Source: Promethearchaeota archaeon
Lineage (GTDB): Archaea > Asgardarchaeota > Hermodarchaeia > Hermodarchaeales > Hermodarchaeaceae
DNA length: 33,792 nt
Direction: 5' to 3'
Assembly: GCA_048939245.1 (NCBI GenBank)
Contig: JBHLPR010000024.1
Coordinates: 1 to 33,792, forward strand
In this document: in pieces, positions 27,531 to 33,792 of the stretch
How the letters are laid out: each line of letters opens with the position of its first letter
How positions within the stretch are numbered: the first letter of the stretch is position 1
The notes under the pieces: generated by a model
Told to the model about the DNA's origin: nothing
Databases searched by the model: none
Seen by the model: the letters and a program-made list of their open reading frames with translations, nothing else
Position numbers and translations under genes: made by a program

Positions 27531-28430
27531 ATGGCAAAGGATCCAGTTGTGTATATTGATGGTGATTATATACCGAGTCAAGAGGCGAAGATCTCGGTGT
27601 TCGACCATGGCTTGTTATACGGTGATGGCATCTTTGAAGGCATTCGCGTATACGATGGCGTGGTATTCAAACTAGACGCGCACTTGGATCGGTTATATCG
27701 AAGTGCCAAGGCGATGTCATTGACAATTCCCCTGGAGAAAGCTGCGATGAAGACAGCGCTCTTAGAAACGCTGCAGCGCAACGGGTATCGGGACTCGTAT
27801 ATCCGATTACTTGTTACACGGGGAAAGGGTGATCTGGGAGTAAACCCCAAGAAATGCTCCAAAGCGTCCATAGTGATTATCAATGTTCAGGTAGAGCCTA
27901 TGCATGGGCATAGCTCAAAGAATGGAATCTCCACGATAATTTCTAGCATGAGACGTCAGGCTCCTGACTCCACGAGCCATGAAATCAAATCATTGAATTA
28001 CCTGAACAGCGTACTGGCCACAATCGAAGCAAATCGACAGGGCGTTGATGATGCCATTATCTTAGATCAACGAGGTTTCGTTGCAGAAGCAACTGGCACT
28101 ACTTTGATTGCTGTGTGGGATGGAGCTCTACATGCCCCCCCTTTGACCGCTAGTATTTTAGACAGCATTACTCGTCGGTTTGTCTTGGAATTAGCTAGGG
28201 ATTTAGGCTTCCATGTCTTTGAAAGAGATATGACCCCATTCCAGTTGCTGATGGCCGACGAAGTGTTTCTGTGTGGAACGATGGGCGAGATCACCCCCGT
28301 GAAAAGTATCAATGATCAACCGATTGGTCAGATGACACCGGGTCCAGTGACAAAGAAGCTTTTAGAAGCCTATATTGAACAGCGTAAGAAACCGGAAAAT
28401 GGTACTGTAATATATCCAAAATCTGAATGA
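27531..28430 (+). CDS. ilvE: Branched-chain amino acid aminotransferase
   Basis: 'FDHGLLYGDGIFEGIR', 'KSLNYLN', 'IL.SITR', 'DEVFLCGT'. Confidence 0.95.
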   Translation: MAKDPVVYIDGDYIPSQEAKISVFDHGLLYGDGIFEGIRVYDGVVFKLDAHLDRLYRSAKAMSLTIPLEKAAMKTALLETLQRNGYRDSYIRLLVTRGKGDLGVNPKKCSKASIVIINVQVEPMHGHSSKNGISTIISSMRRQAPDSTSHEIKSLNYLNSVLATIEANRQGVDDAIILDQRGFVAEATGTTLIAVWDGALHAPPLTASILDSITRRFVLELARDLGFHVFERDMTPFQLLMADEVFLCGTMGEITPVKSINDQPIGQMTPGPVTKKLLEAYIEQRKKPENGTVIYPKSE

Positions 28431-28536
28431 GAAGTATTTTTGCCCTTTTGACTGTCATCTTGAAATGCATATCTTCTTTACTGTAAAGCAGGCTAGATAT
28501 CCTAGAGGTTTGAGAGGCCTCAGTAGGTGAAATCTC

Positions 28537-28788
28537 ATGAAGAAGGAACCATTCAAGGTATCGGGAAGCACTCTAGAAACTTGGGGACCTAAATTACGGA
28601 TGCGTCCATTAGACTTCATTGACTTGGTTACGACTCGAACACTAACGGTTTTTTATCAAAGAGTAGGAAGTTTTACAAAAAAACACAAGTACACTACATT
28701 CGAACATGGAGTTAGATTCCAGACTGAAACCAAGGAACCACTTACAAAATTACAGGCTGATTTTGAATTACCACACTCTTGGTCATAA
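28537..28788 (+). CDS. Hypothetical 83-aa protein
   Basis: AGGTGA RBS before the ATG; fills the gap without overlap; no family recognised. Confidence 0.55.
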   Translation: MKKEPFKVSGSTLETWGPKLRMRPLDFIDLVTTRTLTVFYQRVGSFTKKHKYTTFEHGVRFQTETKEPLTKLQADFELPHSWS

Positions 28789-28791
28789 GTT

Positions 28792-30243
28792 CTAAATTGG
28801 CACAATTGTCCCTTTCAGTGTCGAATGGACCGGGCTGTGTTTCTCAAAGTATTGTTTGAGTGCATCGATGGCGGTGATATGAAGTTCGCGTCGATTATTA
28901 CCAAAATGGGCGGGAATACTTTGGACGGTGAGGAAGCAAGCGTGATAGGTTCTTTTGGGATCAAGACGGTGACCCCCAATGAAGAATTCGTGAATACGTT
29001 TGCGGTAGGGATTCTCGATTTTGAAGTATATGTTGAGCCCAAGACAGCGTTTGACGTAACCGCCTTGTTGGCGATAGGGGTCGCGTGAGAAAGTGTTTTC
29101 GAGGTTGTCCTCCATCATTTGCCACAATTCCTTACCAGTAATATCGCACACTGAGAGTGGGGGGTTTTGGGGAATGATATTGTAAAGGTCATTTATGGTC
29201 ACATCCCCTGGTGGAATCGGAGCACCATAACGCCAACCGTTTGAAAAGACCAGCTCAGCCCCACTGACTTCTTGGGCAGCTTCGAGGAGCAGATTATCCA
29301 TTGAAGAACCAAGAACTTGCCAGCGGCTGAGGGTGCTGCGAGTCTGCCCGATGGTTGTATCGAGCATGGACTGTTCTGATTTGGATAGGATTTTGCTTAT
29401 CATATCTTCAATGGCTGGATTGGGAGGTGTGACCTCTTCTATGGTGACAAGTTTATGCTGAAAAGTTTTGACTCGATTATTAACGATTTTTAGGTCCAGT
29501 TTGCCCAGAAACGAAGCCTGACTCCCTGATTGGATAATAACGGTTCGGTTTGTCACCACGGGTTGGTATAAGCGGTTGTGCGTGTGACCACTGAGAAGAA
29601 TATCGATGCCATCGACTTCAAAAGCAAGTTTGAGATCTTGCGGATAACCAAGATGAGATAAAACAAACACCAGATCAACACGTTCTTTTTCCCGGAGATG
29701 GGTGATATAATCGGGGAGCTCTTCACTACCGAGGGTAAAGTAGACGCCTTCGCTAAAGGATGAAGGCATAGTTTTATCAACAATGTTAGAAGCGATCCCG
29801 ATGACCCCAATGTGTAAGCCATTGCGTTCAATGATGGTTCCCGGTGGAAAGATTGGGGTTTTAGTATCTTTGGAATAGCAGTTAATAGCAAGCATAGGGT
29901 AGTTGAGTTGGTGGGTGAGGTTTTGGAATTGAGCGGGACCATAGGCAAATTCCCAATGGGCGGTCATGGCGTCGATTGCTAAGGCATTCATGATTGGTGT
30001 CATGGCTTTGCCGTTATTTTTCATGGCAGTATAGGTGCCGTGGAAAGTATCGCCATTATCAAAGGTGAGTACCTGGTTAGGATGGTCAACTCCAAATTGT
30101 CCAAGTAGTGTCGCTAAACGGGCAAATCCCCCAACTTTACGAGTGGTGGTTCGTCCACTTTGCCAAAAGAGTTCATGATGGGGAGTCAAGTACCCATGAG
30201 TGTCATTAATTTGAAGAATTGTTAAGTTACGTTCTTCGGACAT
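28792..30243 (-). CDS. SoxB-like metallophosphoesterase / 5'-nucleotidase family, no signal peptide
   Basis: NDTHG, GDTFHG, HWEF, SHLG, GHTH, 'GWRYG', 'DPYRQQGG'. Confidence 0.88.
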   Translation of the reverse strand: MSEERNLTILQINDTHGYLTPHHELFWQSGRTTTRKVGGFARLATLLGQFGVDHPNQVLTFDNGDTFHGTYTAMKNNGKAMTPIMNALAIDAMTAHWEFAYGPAQFQNLTHQLNYPMLAINCYSKDTKTPIFPPGTIIERNGLHIGVIGIASNIVDKTMPSSFSEGVYFTLGSEELPDYITHLREKERVDLVFVLSHLGYPQDLKLAFEVDGIDILLSGHTHNRLYQPVVTNRTVIIQSGSQASFLGKLDLKIVNNRVKTFQHKLVTIEEVTPPNPAIEDMISKILSKSEQSMLDTTIGQTRSTLSRWQVLGSSMDNLLLEAAQEVSGAELVFSNGWRYGAPIPPGDVTINDLYNIIPQNPPLSVCDITGKELWQMMEDNLENTFSRDPYRQQGGYVKRCLGLNIYFKIENPYRKRIHEFFIGGHRLDPKRTYHACFLTVQSIPAHFGNNRRELHITAIDALKQYFEKHSPVHSTLKGTIVPI

Positions 30244-30360
30244 ATTTCAGGTTCCTCCGGTAAACCCAAAGTGTCCAAGCTGTATGAGTCTATAATTATA
30301 ATAGCACTTGAGGTTTCCGTTATTGGGGATGAATGAGCTTACAGGAAAAATTATAGACGG

Positions 30361-30627
30361 CTAGCCTGAGGGGGTTCCTTTTGTCTGAGTTGTTTTCGAA
30401 CCAGGTAATGGACAGGGGTTCATTGAGGCGTGGATTCCTTTTACAGCCTCTTTAATGAGAAAATTCCATGTTAAAGGTCCAAGGTCAAGAAGAGCGTTCA
30501 GGAAATTATCCCAGGTTTGAGAGCCCATGCCCAGGCTTTTCTCATAGGCGTTCTTCATGGTTACAAAGCGATTCTTCGTAGTGACAGTCATACCAATAGC
30601 TGTCCATTTTTCTTTTGATTCTGGCAT
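30361..30627 (-). CDS. Small protein with ribbon-helix-helix / archaeal antitoxin-like pattern
   Basis: AGGAG RBS; 'WTAIGMTVTTKNRF..MK...TWDNFLNALLD' fits strand-helix-helix. Confidence 0.6.
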   Translation of the reverse strand: MPESKEKWTAIGMTVTTKNRFVTMKNAYEKSLGMGSQTWDNFLNALLDLGPLTWNFLIKEAVKGIHASMNPCPLPGSKTTQTKGTPSG

Positions 30628-30726
30628 TGTAGTGTCTCCTGAATCTGACGCACTCGTCCTGACTTTAAGTGGATTCGCTTTTGAAGTTGTCGGAGATAAA
30701 ATGGAATAGAAAAAAAGTGAAGTTGA

Positions 30727-31008
30727 TTATGCTCCAGATGTGGGTATATACCGGCTAAGAATAAGGGATAAGAGGAGTGCTCTTCGACGTGCTTTGAGCG
30801 CATCACGATCGGTGAAGACCTGTTCTTCGGCTCTTAAGCGCGCAAAACGGGTGTCGGCTTTATTCACAGCCATGGGATGGCTAGAGAGATATCCACGCAT
30901 TGCAGCAATATATGCTTCCTAGCGTTTTTGGTCTCTAGCTTTGTCAGCATCAGCTGTGTGCAAAAAATCGTTTTCGATTCCAATCTTGTTAAAGTTGGAT
31001 TGATACAT
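30727..31008 (-). pseudogene. 93-codon ORF interrupted by an in-frame TAG (codon 30, 30919-30921); paralog of 31058..31303
   Basis: Hand-translated: MYQSNFNKIGIENDFLHTADADKARDQKR*EAYIAAMRGYLSSHPMAVNKADTRFARLRAEEQVFTDRDALKARRRALLLSLILSRYIPTSGA. GAAGGGGT RBS-like sequence upstream. Confidence 0.65.
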
Positions 31009-31057
31009 TGGACCCCTTCAGATAATTTCTACATAGGAGATTGATATAACCGTTGGT

Positions 31058-31303
31058 TTATCCTGATTGCCGTTTGAGCATTTTGGTTAAATGCAAGACC
31101 GAACGGTTTACAGAACGCTGATTGCTTCCCTGAAAGAACCGTGTCTCAGCTGGTTTTTGAGCAACCATAGCATCCACCTTTTGCTTGTCTATAGGAATAC
31201 TAGAAAGTGGTCCACGCATGGCTTCAATGTAAGCAGCCCATCGTTGATTTGAACCCTTCCCATTATGGTTTAGGAGAGAATGGTTGATAGCTTTCGCCCC
31301 CAA
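31058..31303 (-). CDS. Hypothetical 81-aa protein, paralog of the amber-interrupted ORF
   Basis: Shares the motif R-W-x-AYI-x-AMRG-x-LSS-x-P and A[ED]TRF; TTG start. Confidence 0.6.
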   Translation of the reverse strand: MGAKAINHSLLNHNGKGSNQRWAAYIEAMRGPLSSIPIDKQKVDAMVAQKPAETRFFQGSNQRSVNRSVLHLTKMLKRQSG

Positions 31304-31380
31304 GATAGTTGAGAGTAATTGCCGAATAAATAATTAATGGAATCGAAGTACAGAATGAATAGTGATTAGGTGTTCGATCG

Positions 31381-31932
31381 ATGCGAATTAAAAGTCTAGT
31401 TGCAGGACTAACTGAATTAGTTGCTGAACTTGGTGTTGAGGGATGGCGAGAATTTCGAACACCAGATCGTACTCGTATCGATTATGCGATTACTAAGGGA
31501 TCGCAACGACTGTTGGCTGTGGAATTTGAACGCTCGCGGAAATGGCTGTTTGCCCGAGTGCTGTATAACGCGGTGAAGGCGCAGCGTGCAGAGTTTCCAG
31601 CAATTCTCTTTGTCTATCCCTTCTATGATTTACCTAGGGCGGGTCGTTCGTGGGTTCCCAACTATGTGGAGGATACGTTGGGATTACGATTAGCATTATG
31701 TCATCCGCGAGATTGTATGTCTGCGACCCGGGCCCTGGTCTGTGAGCAATTGAATTTACCTGTATCTTCGGATATCGTGGAAACTGATTGTGTGATTTCT
31801 ACAACTGCTGGAACTGATGTCAGCTCGTTGAAAATAGGAGCGGCAGCCTGGAAAGTTACAACATCAACAAAGAAAAAAAAGGGTAAGAAACAGCGAACAA
31901 AAAAATCGGCTTCGAAAAAGAAAACTAGCTAA
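31381..31932 (+). CDS. PD-(D/E)xK-superfamily nuclease-like protein with Lys-rich tail
   Basis: 'EFRTPDRTRIDYAI...LLAVEFERS' (D...ExE variant); C-terminal KKKKGKKQRTKK. Confidence 0.65.
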   Translation: MRIKSLVAGLTELVAELGVEGWREFRTPDRTRIDYAITKGSQRLLAVEFERSRKWLFARVLYNAVKAQRAEFPAILFVYPFYDLPRAGRSWVPNYVEDTLGLRLALCHPRDCMSATRALVCEQLNLPVSSDIVETDCVISTTAGTDVSSLKIGAAAWKVTTSTKKKKGKKQRTKKSASKKKTS

Positions 31933-32584
31933 AGAAATTAAGCCCGATTTGGAAGGCTTTTTGATTCATAGTTCGAATTTCTTTTAGTTTGAATTGTGTT
32001 TGAAGAGAGGTCTCGAAGGAAGATTGAGAGATGGGAGTGATCTGCAAACCTGCCAGTGCTCCAATCATTACCGTGTTAGCTGTTCGGATTTCTCCTGCTT
32101 TTCTTGCAAGCGCAAGGGCGTTTACGATCCAGAGTTTGGGTACTAAGTTCGAGAGACGTGATTGAATTTCTTTAAACGAGGGTACGATTGCTTTATTGGC
32201 AATAACGTCAACGGGTGGTTGGAGATGTTCATTTAGTAGTACTTGGCTATCGGGGTTCAGAAAATGGGCTGCCCGAAGCGCTTCAAGCGGTTCCAAACCA
32301 ATTAGTACATCTGCCATGTAGTGTGGCACTAATGATCCCGTATTAGTGCTTTTTCGGGAGCTAACTCCTTTTTTGGGGGGGTTGGTTAAGCGGATGTGGG
32401 AAAGAACGGTGCCTCCACGACGAGATGCGCCGAATGTTTCACCGACACTTACTGTGAATCCGTCATGTATTGCGGCTTGTGCAATAACCCGGGCTGCAAG
32501 AAGTATTCCCTGTCCACCCACACCTGCAACGATGAGATTGAAAGGACGATTCGTTGGAATTTTTACTCTACTCTTTGGTGTCAT
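31925..32584 (-). CDS. iorB: Indolepyruvate:ferredoxin oxidoreductase beta subunit
   Basis: 'AGVGGQGI', 'RGGTVLSHIR', 'LEPLEALR', 'NTVMIGA'; overlaps the iorA stop. Confidence 0.9.
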   Translation of the reverse strand: MTPKSRVKIPTNRPFNLIVAGVGGQGILLAARVIAQAAIHDGFTVSVGETFGASRRGGTVLSHIRLTNPPKKGVSSRKSTNTGSLVPHYMADVLIGLEPLEALRAAHFLNPDSQVLLNEHLQPPVDVIANKAIVPSFKEIQSRLSNLVPKLWIVNALALARKAGEIRTANTVMIGALAGLQITPISQSSFETSLQTQFKLKEIRTMNQKAFQIGLNFFS

Positions 32585-33792
32585 GGTGGGTCCTCCGAAT
32601 GGGTTCTAGGTATTGAAGTGATAGCCTTATGAGGACATACTTGAATGCAGACATTGCATCCAACGCAAAGCGCTTCATCTATTATTACAAGCTTGTTCTG
32701 AGAATCCCAACTAAGTGCGGGGCAATTGAGCTCCGTGAGGCATAGAAGACAGTCTTCTCCACGGCAATTCGATGCATCGATCTGTACTATGGATTGGAGC
32801 TTTGTAGTGGGTTGTTTTACTGAAAGGGGGCAGGCGCGACGAAAGATAATCACGTGGCTTCCCTTTGAAGTGATGGCTTTGTACACTGTATCGGTGGCAA
32901 CTTTGAGATTGAAAGGGTCGACGACGGACACATTAGCAATTCCAATGCCTTGAAGAAGTTTTTCCACATCAATTTTTGGAGCGGTTTTTCCTTCAGCGTT
33001 GATTCCTGTTCCAGGATGTGGTTGGAATCCAGTCATCGCAGTGGCTTCATTATCTAGGATACAGATTGCCGCGTTCGACTTAGAATAGGCTATATTTACA
33101 AGCGCCGGCAGACCGGCGTGGAACAGAGTTGAGTCACCAATCACTGCAATGACCGGGTCGTCAAGCCCATAGCGTTGTAGATGCCCAAAGCCACTTGCTA
33201 GTCCTACTCCTGTTCCCATCGCATGTTGGTTCCGCATGAGATCATGATAAAATGCCCCGAGAGAATAGCAACCGATATCCCCGGTGACAAATCCTTTGTT
33301 TTTATTTCGTTTTAAGGCTCGGTGAATCGCTAGATAAGCAGCACGATGCGGACATCCCGCACAAAAAGTAAGGGTGCGGGGTGGTAGATCTTGAGTAGCC
33401 TGAACAATGGCAGCTTTAAACTTCTGAGTAACAGGTGAAAAGGAGAGATTAAGAAGTTGCGCTACTGCGTGAAGCGTATCGTCGATAGTAAGTTCACCGA
33501 CCGACGGTATATCTCCGGTTATTTTACCATATAGTTCAGGTCGCTGTGGTTCAGAGAGATCATAGATAGATGCCCGAATTTGCGTTTCGAGAAAAGGATC
33601 AATCTCTTCGAGGAATAAAATTTTCTTTGCGCGACCAAAAATTTTCTTTATGAGTCTGATTGGAAGAGGAGAAACGGTGGCAATTCGAAGAATGCCAACC
33701 CGCTCTTTCAACTTCAGAAGATTAAGCGTTTCATTAGCGTAAAGCCAGCCGGTACCCGTAGTAACGATGATAAGCTCAGGTTGTTCGGGACC
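32581..33792 (-). CDS. iorA: Indolepyruvate:ferredoxin oxidoreductase alpha subunit (5'-truncated by window end)
   Basis: 'FCAGCPHR', 'GDIGCY', 'IGDSTLFHAG', 'LDN..TAMTG.QP', C-terminal ferredoxin. Frame stays open to base 33792 (GPEQPELIIVTTGTGW...). Confidence 0.95.
   Translation of the reverse strand, partial: GPEQPELIIVTTGTGWLYANETLNLLKLKERVGILRIATVSPLPIRLIKKIFGRAKKILFLEEIDPFLETQIRASIYDLSEPQRPELYGKITGDIPSVGELTIDDTLHAVAQLLNLSFSPVTQKFKAAIVQATQDLPPRTLTFCAGCPHRAAYLAIHRALKRNKNKGFVTGDIGCYSLGAFYHDLMRNQHAMGTGVGLASGFGHLQRYGLDDPVIAVIGDSTLFHAGLPALVNIAYSKSNAAICILDNEATAMTGFQPHPGTGINAEGKTAPKIDVEKLLQGIGIANVSVVDPFNLKVATDTVYKAITSKGSHVIIFRRACPLSVKQPTTKLQSIVQIDASNCRGEDCLLCLTELNCPALSWDSQNKLVIIDEALCVGCNVCIQVCPHKAITSIPRTHSEDPP

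Noticed and set aside
30588-30922. Track ORFs 30588..30806 (-) and 30740..30922 (+)
   Set aside because: Alternative-frame or antisense shadows of the amber-interrupted ORF, which has paralog support.
1-33792. CRISPR array, IS element, integrase, genome-wide stop-codon reassignment
   Set aside because: No regularly spaced repeats or transposase/integrase motifs were seen, and conserved genes terminate normally at TAA, TAG and TGA.

Overview
Gene-dense archaeal chromosomal segment. Promoters are TATA-type, RBSs are GGTGA/GGAGG-like, and DnaK lacks the proteobacterial insert. A longin-like/small-GTPase fusion points to an Asgard archaeon (inference). Contents in order: partial AlkA-like glycosylase; HTH regulator, CxxC membrane peptide and thioredoxin; grpE-dnaK-dnaJ; tldD/pmbA; Mut7-C RNase; YjjX-like NTPase; divergent SatP-family channel; flavin reductase; a paralogous pair of Cys/His metal-finger proteins; a Grs/Gms-like radical SAM enzyme; SRPBCC; glnA; a membrane-anchored clostripain-fold protein; PepF; FGGY kinase; HisC-like aminotransferase; M32 carboxypeptidase; an unannotated 30-codon ORF inside a long hairpin; GTPase; DUF362; Lrp and ilvE; SoxB-like hydrolase; a small accessory island; iorB and partial iorA. 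The overall theme is chaperones plus peptide/amino-acid fermentation. Strongest oddities: (1) the clostripain-fold protein has both catalytic residues replaced (His->Lys, Cys->Ser) in a receptor-like architecture; (2) the sORF transcript has two mutually exclusive folds; (3) the C-x2-C-x21/22-C-P-x-H finger pair sits next to the lipid-type radical SAM gene; (4) a hidden amber-interrupted paralog lies in the accessory island. No tRNA, rRNA, CRISPR array or transposase was seen. Family calls come from motif recognition by eye; no database search was run.
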